A stretch of 55,012 nucleotides of DNA from an uncultured Gammaproteobacteria bacterium (GTDB lineage: Bacteria > Patescibacteriota > Microgenomatia > Levybacterales > GWA1-39-11). Both the position numbers and the translations under genes were made by a program. The notes beneath the pieces are model-generated. The model saw only the letters and a list, made by a program, of their open reading frames with translations, was not told the DNA's origin and did no database searches. The stretch covers positions 1 to 55,012 of the forward strand of contig CAYHUY010000003.1 of the NCBI GenBank assembly GCA_964360265.1, read 5' to 3'. Below are positions 9,701 to 17,158 of this stretch, one piece after another; position 1 is the stretch's first letter; each line of letters begins with the position of its first letter.

Positions 9701-10188
9701 TCCTGCGTTTCTTGCGCTCGGGGTCCTGTCGCGGGTTCTCCCTCCCGCCAGTGCTCGCTCATATTCATTCGACTGTGCGCTGTCGGGATCCCTTCCACCC
9801 GCACCACCCCTTCGCGTTTGCCCTGAGATTTTAGAAGGGTCACCCCTCGCTTGATTAATTTTTTAAGGAGAAAATACATTCCGATGCCGCCCGCAAGATG
9901 GAGAACCAGAATAAAAGTGTATCGGAGTAAATTTTGAGGCAAAACGACCGACAGTAAAAATATATAGACGGTATGTGTAAGATTTGCTGCGTGTGACAAA
10001 CCGTCCGGAACCCCCAGACCCCGGTAATCTTGCCAGACGGAAAAGAGAGCGCGTTTAAAATTAAGCGGGATATTAAATTCAGGCATGATATTATCCCATC
10101 CAAGTAAATACGTCCCCGGTATATAGTTTGCAGCAAATAGGATAATTTCAATAAGTAAAATTGTGATAATCGGCCAGATTTTTAGCAT
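6712..10188 (-). CDS. very large polytopic membrane protein, putative GT-C-type glycosyl/arabinosyltransferase-like (AftD/YfhO-like architecture)
   Basis: 1158-aa ORF. It has about 12 N-terminal TM helices with an early loop motif GWDNIMPEFNIPLNFKRALFSVWQDYRGLG, a large extracytoplasmic C-terminal region and a final TM. It sits directly downstream of a GT2 gene. The functional call is inferred from architecture only. Confidence 0.55.
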   Translation of the reverse strand: MLKIWPIITILLIEIILFAANYIPGTYLLGWDNIMPEFNIPLNFKRALFSVWQDYRGLGVPDGLSHAANLTHTVYIFLLSVVLPQNLLRYTFILVLHLAGGIGMYFLLKKLIKRGVTLLKSQGKREGVVRVEGIPTAHSRMNMSEHWREGEPATGPRAQETQDPERIVAFFGAFFYMFNLGVIQMFYAPLEVFVVHFAALPIFTLSILNTLKKPTPGNLFVLLLVSFAVSAQGFVPTLFAVFMILFGSFLVVDFFENHDVKKITIVAFTVAAANAFWLLPYSYTAIQNAKIIQGTRINQFSSEEIFYRNRASADITSVLSFKGFMLDSVEYDSRNNNNIFFMEKWKEHYGKFYIRLITFVFILIMLLGLAYVIARKEKRYSAYLISMGVSFVFLANNTPLFAQINDIVRSLFPVISEALRFPFTKFIILFAFCFSIFFSLGISILTEVIRKSKLNWKILAPIYYSLFTILLFLIAAPAFKGYFFSPLLRLELPAEYKEVFSFFSTQDEKARIAILPSSTFWNWKYRDWGHIGSGFLWYGIGQPLLDRAFDPWSFYNEQFYNESSYAINKNDKEHFNKVLQKYNIKYLLVDKSIQNSLSREMVDYASLESFLNSSGMVQKEREIGNLIIYNVKTQKSNFYVIDQQNTPKVFPGFHFTNQDVLYNASQNFVFDEKNPDSVFILPSLYTGKLQNDIYFEAQDTKDSIILRPKKVFTDLDTANNPTIELPSLFVDEFLIPVEARVVGNQIVFSPLYPTIVINDRVYVTQDQKIVVDFSLQNPSSIEFVDTKNKVEIVNGSAKGFIFNNYNNIIKVASLTQEEVIAVNTENINKTSYSIPIASDKINKLEIVISKFDNSLAVQNIIQNNLYEIKHSLDPQNLFPGLARASAREDVSGVLLSARANSSVDLSFYLDHLPHPGSYIMFVDSQYRSGLPVGFYVENSFRRRPEVETKLSKTKDKNVIILPPTEAELSGYGFHFTLKSAGLEEAASVLKNISLFPVPESTIENMKILLNKQTLVSGTPAVISGNKINASLYSLTIEKGGTSKYLVFSQSYDRGWKAYQVQSSPARNASASVAGGKFKAQSFLNVALPFVFGTELKDHVEVNGWANGWLIENWKLEIGNSTIVVVYLPQYLEYTGFGILILISSFIFMGLVKTKYRSQ
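6831..6862. repeat. heptanucleotide tandem repeat (ATTTCCA)x3 plus a degenerate copy
   Basis: aatttccaatttccaatttccaattttcaatt, which encodes WKLEIGN near the C-terminus of the 1158-aa protein. Confidence 0.85.
6964..6999. repeat. GC-rich imperfect palindrome CCCGCCTGCAACGC...GCATTGCGGGCAGG (encodes PARNASASVAGG)
   Basis: Family members occur at 24788-24821 (opposite orientation), 33120-33160 and 51935-52007. This copy is embedded in a (CTTTGAA)n-like heptamer tract (6940-6963 and 7001-7013). Confidence 0.85.
9700..9845. repeat. ~145-nt GC-rich insertion in a loop of the 1158-aa membrane protein
   Basis: Local G+C is clearly above the rest of the gene. It contains the direct repeat TCGGGGTCCTG (9705-9715 and 9728-9738). 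It shares the CATTCGACT...CGGGA block with the intergenic copy at 37095-37125. Confidence 0.7.
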
Positions 10189-10196
10189 TACTTATA

Positions 10197-11132
10197 TTAT
10201 ACAGATGACGGGGAGATAAAACGTCCGATAAGAAAAGGCATGTGTACGGTTTTTGGTTTGACAATGCCTTTTGCAACTAAATATAAATTTTTGGTGAATG
10301 ATTCGGGAAGCAATAATATAACAGCCCCCTGAATCATATTGAGCGCGATATCTTTTATGGTCGGCTTGTAGTTTTTGTTCAATACCATAGTGATTCTTAT
10401 TTTTAAAGTATTAAGATACTTCTTTTTTATATCAATAAATGTGTCATTTTTATCGTGAATTCTATAATATAGCAGTTTATCCGGAAGGTTCACAAAGATA
10501 TAACCGCTGCAGATCATTTTAAAGAAAGTGTAATAGTCATTGTTAGCGCTGTAATTTATCTGATAGGAAAATTTTTTCCCGCGAAAAATCCTTCTAAATA
10601 CTGCAGTTGGATGAATTATAGGATGGAAGGTTGCATATGCGCGATAAATCTCGAGGGGACGAGTCGGTTCGAGTTTCTCGCCCACAATAGTTCCCCTCTT
10701 ATTAATTACATTGGCACTAGCGCCAACCAGGAATACCCGCTTGTTTTTCTCTAAAAAAGCAACCTGTTTCTCAAGTTTTGTGGGTATGGCTATATCGTCT
10801 GCATCCATTCGCGCTATATACTTCCCGCGCGCAATCTCTATTCCAAGGTTTGCGCACATATCTCCGCCCCGATTTAAATTCTTTCCGGTTTTTATTACCT
10901 TAATTTTTGCCCGGTGGCGTCTTTGGTAATGCTTAATTATTTCACTTGATTTGTCAGTTGATTCATCGTCTATTATTATTAATTCAAAGCGCTTGTAGGT
11001 TTGAGTCATAATACTCTCGATCGCTTCTGGTAAATACTTTTCCGAATTATAAACGGGCATGACCACGGAAACTAAAGGAGGGCGTTTCTTCCTCCTTGCG
11101 AAAGATTTATTTTTTATAAATAAATTCTTCAT
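10197..11132 (-). CDS. family 2 glycosyltransferase
   Basis: VSVVMPVYNSEKYLPEAIESIMTQTYKRFELIIIDDESTDKS and a DADD motif (classic GT-A/GT2), followed by C-terminal hydrophobic segments. Confidence 0.85.
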   Translation of the reverse strand: MKNLFIKNKSFARRKKRPPLVSVVMPVYNSEKYLPEAIESIMTQTYKRFELIIIDDESTDKSSEIIKHYQRRHRAKIKVIKTGKNLNRGGDMCANLGIEIARGKYIARMDADDIAIPTKLEKQVAFLEKNKRVFLVGASANVINKRGTIVGEKLEPTRPLEIYRAYATFHPIIHPTAVFRRIFRGKKFSYQINYSANNDYYTFFKMICSGYIFVNLPDKLLYYRIHDKNDTFIDIKKKYLNTLKIRITMVLNKNYKPTIKDIALNMIQGAVILLLPESFTKNLYLVAKGIVKPKTVHMPFLIGRFISPSSV

Positions 11133-11199
11133 AAGAGCTACTCTTAAGATCGCGATGAGCTTGTCGAATCGTGAGCTTAAGAGTAAAGGTATACAGGTT

Positions 11200-11256
11200 G
11201 AGTGAAAGTTGTTCGCGTGAAGCGAACGGATCGTCTTTTGGACGAAACTTTCACTT
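11200..11256. other. compact three-helix (three-way junction) structured element at the left island end
   Basis: P1 is 11200-11210 paired with 11246-11256 (11 bp, one G:T). P2 is GTTCGC-GTGAA-GCGAAC (11211-11227). P3 is TCGTC-TTTTG-GACGA (11231-11245). The only junction nucleotides are GGA. Confidence 0.5.
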
Positions 11257-11461
11257 ACGCGTGTTTACTTTACCCATCTAGAGTCAGACCATTTATGGTA
11301 TCTTGCGCTGCAAGCTTTTGCAGAATAGAACCAAAAGATAGGCTAACTCAGTGTGTTTTTCTAATAGGCTCCCCGAGGGGGAGAGAAGGGCTCAGCTAGA
11401 CTTTCGTCTGCTTTGCATGTTCGATTTTATTCGAACCATCAGCCTCCTCAAAACGCACTGG

Positions 11462-11638
11462 CTAGATCCCCAGGAAACCCGAAAGCACCCACAAGACTAT
11501 CGCTATGATCACCAGTGTGAACACCAGCTCAAGGATGCCTCGTGAGAGCCAATTGTTCTTGATCTTTCGATCAAGGTCCTCAAGGAATTGCTCAATCGGA
11601 TCTCCTCTCAGGATCGAGATAACCTTGCTGCGGTTCAT
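11462..11638 (-). CDS. hypothetical 58-aa protein with a C-terminal TM helix (island gene)
   Basis: Not in the ORF track because it is under 60 aa. My translation is MNRSKVISILRGDPIEQFLEDLDRKIKNNWLSRGILELVFTLVIIAIVLWVLSGFLGI. It starts 7 nt after the upstream stop, with AGGAAG upstream. Confidence 0.4.
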   Translation of the reverse strand: MNRSKVISILRGDPIEQFLEDLDRKIKNNWLSRGILELVFTLVIIAIVLWVLSGFLGI

Positions 11639-11644
11639 TGCTTC

Positions 11645-12586
11645 CTACCTGGGGGGTAGGGAGCTCTGGTCGTAAGCCTGTTTGGCTGCATCTGCGCACG
11701 CCGCCGGCCATGACCAAGAGGTTCCACCACCCATGAGAGGAGCGTTGTTCCCGGGAGACAGGAGGATCTTGCGTTCCTGCTGGTCTTGTCCGGGTTCGTT
11801 GGTCCAGAAATTGACCACTCGCCACTCACCCGTAGGGACCCATCCCTGACCGACAACCGGTTCGCGAGTCTCCTTAACGCCAATGTCGCAATTGACCGAT
11901 CCCGCAGCAGATCCCTGAGCGGGTTGTTGTGCCGGAGCCGCCGCCGCCATTTGTGGGATCGGAATTTCGAATCCGCTCTCGCCCTTACGCATGGCTGCCG
12001 AGTGGATTGCCAAAAGCGACATGATGTCGTCCTGGCTCAGGTTCCGCAGGTTCGCCACGACCGTTGGAGGGTTGCTCCTGAGATCGATGACGAGTCCCGA
12101 GTGGCCGCTGTCGAGGCGAGCTTCCGCGTATGCGGTTGCGTCCGTAGTCCAGTTAAAACTGGCGCATTCGGGCGTGTCGCCTTCCCAAAGGCTGCCGTAG
12201 CCCCAGGCTATGTCGGGCACGCCGTCCGGATTGGCGATTTTGTCGATGATGTAGCTCACCGCGTAGATCCTAGCCGGCTGGTACTGAGGGTAGAAGTCCA
12301 GGTGTTGTCCACCATGGCCTCCAACCTCAATTCGGTGCGGGTTATTGCCCTCGCTCCATGTGCCGACCTTGTCAAGCCTGCAGGCGTCGCCTGACCCGTT
12401 TGCGAACGGGTTCTGTATGCCTGCGTCTAGCACGCCGGACGTCGCCGTTGCCGTGGGTGTCGCGGTTTGCTGTGCCGTCGTCGTTTTCACGCCGTCGTCG
12501 TCGAGAGCAAGGACAACAAGGCCGATCAGGGATCCGACCAGAATGACGGCCACGCTTGCTCCTAAGCTCCATCTAAGTAGATTCAT
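11645..12586 (-). CDS. hypothetical N-terminally anchored/secreted protein (313 aa, island gene)
   Basis: N-terminal TM ASVAVILVGSLIGLVVLAL, a Thr/Ala/Pro linker, then a Cys- and Trp-containing globular region. A strong SD (AAGGAGG) lies 6 nt before the ATG. I recognise no motif. Confidence 0.7.
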   Translation of the reverse strand: MNLLRWSLGASVAVILVGSLIGLVVLALDDDGVKTTTAQQTATPTATATSGVLDAGIQNPFANGSGDACRLDKVGTWSEGNNPHRIEVGGHGGQHLDFYPQYQPARIYAVSYIIDKIANPDGVPDIAWGYGSLWEGDTPECASFNWTTDATAYAEARLDSGHSGLVIDLRSNPPTVVANLRNLSQDDIMSLLAIHSAAMRKGESGFEIPIPQMAAAAPAQQPAQGSAAGSVNCDIGVKETREPVVGQGWVPTGEWRVVNFWTNEPGQDQQERKILLSPGNNAPLMGGGTSWSWPAACADAAKQAYDQSSLPPR

Positions 12587-12687
12587 TGTCTGCCTCCTTT
12601 AAGGCTTGAACTGAACGCTCCGCAAGATTCCATTAGGAATCTCAACGTGCATGCCTACCGATGTTTATCTCGATCGGATCACCTCTT

Positions 12688-13701
12688 TTACGGTGCCTGC
12701 TGCTTTCCGCCGAGTATGGTCGCGGGGTCGATGATGATCCCTTGACCGCTTGGCAGAAACGCGATCTGGACATTATCCGCCAGCTTCTGAAGCGCCTGGA
12801 ACTGGATCAAGAGAGGTGTGAGACTCTCGTTGATGAGCCGGTTGGCGTCTGCCTGACCCTGCGCCTCCGTACGCAGTCTCTCGGCTTCACCTTTTGCGGT
12901 CTCGACCCTCTGTTCGGCCTGGTTCTTGAAGAGCTCGATCTTGTTCTCCTCGGTGATGGCGTTCTGCTCTGCAATCACCTTGTCCTGAATCGCTTTTGCG
13001 TATTCAGGGTCGAAGGACAAGTTGTAGATACCGATCTTGGTAACGGTGATCGCATAACCTGCGTCGTCCAGAACTTGCTGCATCCGAGTCCGCACGGACT
13101 CTCGAAGTGCCTCTCGGTTTTGAGCGATTACCGTGCTGTCGTAGTCTGTCGTCTCTTCCTTCAGAATGTTGGGAAGCTCTGTTACGAACAGCTTGCCGAA
13201 GTAGTCCGGGCCGACGTTGTCCAGGATGTTCTCGACTGCTTCCCGGTCGACCTTGATGTTGATGGTGACATCCATGTAGACGTCTTGGTTGTCGTCACTG
13301 AATGTTTCCATCCGACCGGCGCGGAAATGTACACCTGAGAAGTCAGCGTCCTCGCGGTGTTCCGGTGCAACCCAGCCGAACGATTGCTCTCGTACATCCT
13401 GGCTCTTCACTTCCTGCCAAGGCGCCGTTACGACGAGTCCGCTCCCGGTGGTACCCGTCACAGCCTTGAATGTGTAGATGGCTCCGACGTGTCCGTTGGG
13501 TACCTGATGGAACATTGACGCCAAGGTGAAGATGAGCCAGAGCACGATAGCAAAGACCGAACCGCCCCATCGCAAAAGAGATCCAGCTTCTTCGGCTTCA
13601 GATTGCTCCTTCCGTCCTACTGAGCGGACCAATGTCCCAACCACGATAACGACGGGTATGACCACTACGAACATGGTGATCGAGAATATTATCCAACCCA
13701 C
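12688..13701 (-). CDS. SPFH / band-7 (prohibitin-like) membrane protein
   Basis: N-terminal TM, a PHB-type core (GHVGAIYTF...VTAPWQEVKSQDVREQ...VYMDVTINIKVD...), then a coiled-coil tail (IAEQNAITEENKIELFKNQAEQRVETAKGEAERLRTEAQGQADA). GTG start with an AGGA upstream. Confidence 0.85.
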   Translation of the reverse strand: MGWIIFSITMFVVVIPVVIVVGTLVRSVGRKEQSEAEEAGSLLRWGGSVFAIVLWLIFTLASMFHQVPNGHVGAIYTFKAVTGTTGSGLVVTAPWQEVKSQDVREQSFGWVAPEHREDADFSGVHFRAGRMETFSDDNQDVYMDVTINIKVDREAVENILDNVGPDYFGKLFVTELPNILKEETTDYDSTVIAQNREALRESVRTRMQQVLDDAGYAITVTKIGIYNLSFDPEYAKAIQDKVIAEQNAITEENKIELFKNQAEQRVETAKGEAERLRTEAQGQADANRLINESLTPLLIQFQALQKLADNVQIAFLPSGQGIIIDPATILGGKQQAP

Positions 13702-13789
13702 TGTGAATTTCCTTTCCTCTTCACGTCTTCGTGAAGGCTAGACTTGCTTGCTGTGGTGTTTGCCGGTGTGTTTGCCGCGCCTGTTTACC

Positions 13790-13918
13790 TCACGCCGTTC
13801 TTGCGTTTTTCCCTCCTCCGTTACGCTTTTCCTGACGCTTCTTCCGGGCGGACATACACTTGCAGGCTTTTTGGGCCTTGCGTCCTTTTCTCTTCGCTTC
13901 CGTCTTGCCGTTTGCCAC
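13790..13918 (-). CDS. possible 42-aa highly basic peptide (island), speculative
   Basis: GGAGG lies 4 nt upstream of GTG. My translation is VANGKTEAKRKGRKAQKACKCMSARKKRQEKRNGGGKNARTA. There is no other support. Confidence 0.2.
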   Translation of the reverse strand: MANGKTEAKRKGRKAQKACKCMSARKKRQEKRNGGGKNARTA

Positions 13919-14034
13919 GATGCCTCCTTGCGTCTATTTCCTCACTTACGGATTCATTCGGTTGTGTTTTTTGACCAACCCCCTTTCATGGGTTTCTTCG
14001 AGTTGCCGAAGTCTCTTCGGTTTTTGGCCGAAGG

Positions 14035-14295
14035 CTAAAATGCCGCTTTGACGATTAGCCAAATAGACACTCCTGCAATGATTGACAGTGCCGAAACGGT
14101 ATTACGGTACCTATCCAGTGCCTCAATTAGGCGCTGAAGCCGTGGAAACCTTGTCACTAGTTCATGCCTCCTTGCGTACTTTCCTGCCGACTTGTCTTCT
14201 AGTTTCGATTCCTTTCCTTCTCCCTCCTTTTTCTCTAAATGCCGGACAACGCGTACCGTGTGCAGTTTCAACTCACAGTACGCTGTATCCGACAC
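14035..14295 (-). CDS. hypothetical 86-aa tail-anchored protein (island edge)
   Basis: GTG-start ORF with a C-terminal TM (VSALSIIAGVSIWLIVKAAF). Composition is intermediate and no SD is present, so support is weak. Confidence 0.35.
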   Translation of the reverse strand: MSDTAYCELKLHTVRVVRHLEKKEGEGKESKLEDKSAGKYARRHELVTRFPRLQRLIEALDRYRNTVSALSIIAGVSIWLIVKAAF

Positions 14296-14450
14296 CTAAA
14301 GTGTAAGAGAGAATTTTTTAATTTATAGATTATCTTTGTCCTTCGTCTTCTTTAAAAGCTGACTACGCGAACATCAATAATTGCCTATTAGGGACGCACC
14401 ACAAGGGTGCATCCTTCTGTATACCTTTTGTTAAAGAACAACTAGCGGTT

Positions 14451-14471
14451 AGCAACTAGCAACTAGCATCT
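14451..14471. repeat. heptanucleotide tandem repeat (AGCAACT)x2 plus AGCATCT
   Basis: Read directly. The same ACTAGCAACTAGCA unit occurs at 3724-3737 between rpsA and radA. Confidence 0.8.
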
Positions 14472-14610
14472 AGTTATGCTTTTAAACTAGAGCAGCGCTG
14501 GCACTTCGCGCCAGAATTTTCCGTCCTTAAATTTAAGGTCGGGGAGAGTGGTTTCAAGCGTTGTGGTGGCGGGGTTGATTTGCGGTGTGTTTTTTGGGGT
14601 GTATGATTTT

Positions 14611-14630
14611 GAAACTGCTTGAAACTGCTT
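14611..14630. repeat. exact tandem duplication of the 10-mer GAAACTGCTT
   Basis: Two adjacent identical copies in the spacer. Confidence 0.9.
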
Positions 14631-14647
14631 CCTCCTACCTTAAAGAG

Positions 14648-14664
14648 TCCCGATTTAATCGGGA
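14648..14664. repeat. hairpin TCCCGAT-TTA-ATCGGGA immediately after the stop of the 229-aa gene; a second copy lies at 53697-53713
   Basis: The 15-nt core CCCGATTTAATCGGG is identical at 14649-14663 and 53698-53712. It may be a terminator or a repeat element. Confidence 0.6.
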
Positions 14665-15354
14665 TTAATTTGCTTTTCGTCTTAAGTAAATTCCTGCAAG
14701 CCCTGTAGGGATAAGTCCAAAGAGAAATGCCATTTCCGGGCCAGTTGCCGGAACCTCTTTTACTTTTTGTTTTTCAAAGATTTGTGGAGCAGGAGTTGTG
14801 CCTAAAACTTGCTTTTCAATACAAATTTGCGCTGAATCCTGTGCAACTGATCCTTCAGACACAGAAGCTTTTACCACATTTTGAGTACACGTAACAGTTT
14901 GGTTTGCAGGAAGCAGACCTTGCTCTGCGGTTTTGGCAGCAATGATGAATTCCCGCTTCTCACCCTTAACTAGAGTTCCTACGGCAAAATTTATTTGTTT
15001 TGCGCCTGCATTAGCATTTCCGACTCCCGCTACAAAGGTTAAAAATTCGCCAAATTCATCAACCACATTAAGATTTGTTATGTCTCGGTCGCCGGTATTT
15101 TCAATCACGATTCTGAAATTAACGTTTTGACCAGGCGCAAATTTTGGATCGTGAGTTGTGAGGTTTTCAACAAATTCCCCACCCTTGCCGCTTTTTTGCA
15201 CCAGTTTATTAATAGTGAATTTTACTTGTTTGGGAGGACAAACTTCACCGCCGCCGTAGGCAATTTGACAATTGGATTCGCCTGCTGCTGTGACAGTTCC
15301 TACTGCAACAAAGAATATTGCTATGGTTGCAAGAAGTGTAGATATTTTCTTCAT
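14665..15354 (-). CDS. secreted cell-surface protein with a DUF11/CARDB-like fold and a sortase-type C-terminal sorting signal
   Basis: Signal peptide MKKISTLLATIAIFFVAVGTVTAAG. Central block NVNFRIVIENTGDRDITNLNVVDEF. The C-terminus is VPATG, then a hydrophobic stretch, then the RRKAN tail (LPXTG-like). Confidence 0.75.
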   Translation of the reverse strand: MKKISTLLATIAIFFVAVGTVTAAGESNCQIAYGGGEVCPPKQVKFTINKLVQKSGKGGEFVENLTTHDPKFAPGQNVNFRIVIENTGDRDITNLNVVDEFGEFLTFVAGVGNANAGAKQINFAVGTLVKGEKREFIIAAKTAEQGLLPANQTVTCTQNVVKASVSEGSVAQDSAQICIEKQVLGTTPAPQIFEKQKVKEVPATGPEMAFLFGLIPTGLAGIYLRRKAN

Positions 15355-15365
15355 ACGATTTGGTG

Positions 15366-15394
15366 ATTCTAACAGATTAAAAATGCTTTGTCAA
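15366..15394 (-). promoter_or_regulatory. promoter TTGACA, 17-nt spacer, TAGAAT; ATG 11 nt downstream
   Basis: -35 at 15394-15389 and -10 at 15371-15366 on the minus strand. The start codon is at 15354. Confidence 0.55.
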
Positions 15395-15682
15395 GTGCTA
15401 TAGGACGTAGAAATAAGCAGCAAATATGATTTTGTTGATATCTTTTTTAATCTTAAATTATATCAAGTAGTATTAAATCATAGTCTTAAGGCATCAATAT
15501 CATCCTTTTTAGCTCTTTATTCGATGAGCTATTCACCTATTGACAATGGGTAGCCAACATGCTTTAATAAGCTTGCTTCGAGATCTTTCCCGCAAGCAAT
15601 TTCCTGAAAACGTGTTAATTCAAGCATAGAATTTTCCAAAGTTAGAATTGAATCTAAATTTTTAATATTCAATATTACTACA

Positions 15683-16975
15683 GTGTCTACTAAAAGAATT
15701 TCAAAAAGTTCAAAAGACGAGGGTGAAATGACCCCTGAGCCTATTGTGGAGTCAGGAGCTGTGCCGGAAGCCAAAAAAGACCCGGAGGCCCATTTGCCTT
15801 CAGAATCTGGCGAACGGACGCTTAGGCAGGCAGGGCCTTTTTATGATCGCGGCAGTCGCGAGACGGATGCACATAATTCTGTGCCTGTTTCAGGTATTCT
15901 TGATATTCAACATGAAGGGCACGGATTTCTAAGGCCCAAGTTCCGCGCCTCGGACCGCGACATCTATATTTCAGCCTCACAAATTAGGCGATTTTGGCTT
16001 CGCTCCGGGGATTTGGTCACGGGCATTGGCAGACCACCTAAGGATAACGAGCGTTATTTTGGCTTACTCAAAATTGAGAACGTTAACGGCGATGACCCCG
16101 ATAAATCCTTAGAACGCCCCTATTTTGATGACTTGACGCCTATTTACCCAAAAGAGCAGATTAAGCTTTCAACGGAAAAAATCCCTCTATCAACACGAAT
16201 AATTGACCTAGTCTCACCAATCGGTTTTGGTCAGCGTGGAATGATTGTCTCGCCTCCCAAAGCCGGCAAGACTACCGTTATAAAAGAGGTTGCTGAGGGC
16301 ATCTCAACCAATTATCCCAAGGTTCATCTCATGGCTGTCTTAATAGGCGAGAGGCCTGAGGAGGTTACGGATATCTCAAGAAGTGTTAAAGGTGAGGTTG
16401 TAGCTTCAAACTTTGACGAGTCCCCTCAGACTCAAACCAGAATTGCGGAAATTGCTATGGAGCGCGCAAAACGCTTAGTTGAACGTGGAGTGAACGTGGT
16501 AATTCTTCTTGATTCGATCACGCGCTTGGCTCGCGCATACAATCTTTCCGTAGATCCCTCAGGCCGCACGCTTACAGGCGGATTTGATCCTGCTGCCTTG
16601 TATCCTGCTAAAAAGTTCTTTGGCGCGGCTCGCAATTGCGAAGAAGGTGGATCTCTTACCATAATTGGAACTGCCCTGGTGGATACGGGTTCACGAATGG
16701 ACGATTTAATATTCGAGGAATTCAAAGGCACGGGCAATATGGAAGCGCATTTGGACCGAAAACTTGCCGATAGGCGAATATTCCCGGCTATAAATGTTGA
16801 GCGTTCAGGCACGCGCGCCGAAGAGTTGATTTTGGATAAAGAGACACTAAATAAAGTTATCTTATTAAGACGCATGATAGATGTTTTAAATCCCGATGAG
16901 AGAACCGAAGTTTTGATCGAGCGCCTTTCAAAAACAGACGATAATAAGGCTTTTCTTGAGACATTAGGAAAATAA
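15683..16975 (+). CDS. rho: transcription termination factor Rho
   Basis: Rho N-terminal RNA-binding block (GILDIQHEGHGFLRP...DIYISASQIRRFWLRSGD), Walker A PPKAGKT, and the conserved C-terminus (RIFPAINVERSGTR). It has a GTG start and an acidic or low-complexity N-terminal extension. Confidence 0.9.
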   Translation: MSTKRISKSSKDEGEMTPEPIVESGAVPEAKKDPEAHLPSESGERTLRQAGPFYDRGSRETDAHNSVPVSGILDIQHEGHGFLRPKFRASDRDIYISASQIRRFWLRSGDLVTGIGRPPKDNERYFGLLKIENVNGDDPDKSLERPYFDDLTPIYPKEQIKLSTEKIPLSTRIIDLVSPIGFGQRGMIVSPPKAGKTTVIKEVAEGISTNYPKVHLMAVLIGERPEEVTDISRSVKGEVVASNFDESPQTQTRIAEIAMERAKRLVERGVNVVILLDSITRLARAYNLSVDPSGRTLTGGFDPAALYPAKKFFGAARNCEEGGSLTIIGTALVDTGSRMDDLIFEEFKGTGNMEAHLDRKLADRRIFPAINVERSGTRAEELILDKETLNKVILLRRMIDVLNPDERTEVLIERLSKTDDNKAFLETLGK

Positions 16976-17158
16976 TAGCTAGGGCTCCACTTTTCCATTC
17001 AACCTCGTAACCCTCAAAAAGAATAAAACATCACATATGAAGCCTTAATTAAGCGGGGGTTTGACTTTGTTGTCCTCTTTTTGGTAAGCTTTATTTTTAG
17101 AATTCTCATCATTTGCTCCGTGGTTTTATAATAGAACTTATCTTTTAGCTTCCTGGAT

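Larger units (their letters stand above)
11185..14428. other. GC-rich genomic island bracketed by a 12-bp inverted repeat (AAAGGTATACAG / CTGTATACCTTT)
   Basis: The termini at 11185-11196 and 14417-14428 are exact reverse complements. My line counts give about 58-63% G+C inside, against about 20-45% outside. All ORFs are on the minus strand and have SD sites. Confidence 0.6.

Noticed and set aside
11200-11256. Hammerhead ribozyme or purine-type riboswitch assignment for the three-way junction
   Set aside because: The junction has only GGA unpaired. The hammerhead core (CUGAUGA ... GAAA) and the purine-riboswitch junction nucleotides are absent. It is kept only as an unclassified structure.
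11786-13338. Plus-strand ORFs inside the GC-rich island (11786-12394, 12345-12602, 12661-13338 and others)
   Set aside because: These are shadow ORFs opposite the SPFH and 313-aa genes. Long antisense open frames are expected in high-GC DNA. Their products are Arg/Ser/Leu-rich low-complexity sequences with no start-site signals.
15529-15774. 81-aa minus-strand ORF overlapping the rho 5' end, and the 188-aa ORF at 16432-16998 antisense to rho
   Set aside because: They overlap or lie antisense to a well-supported gene and have no independent signals.
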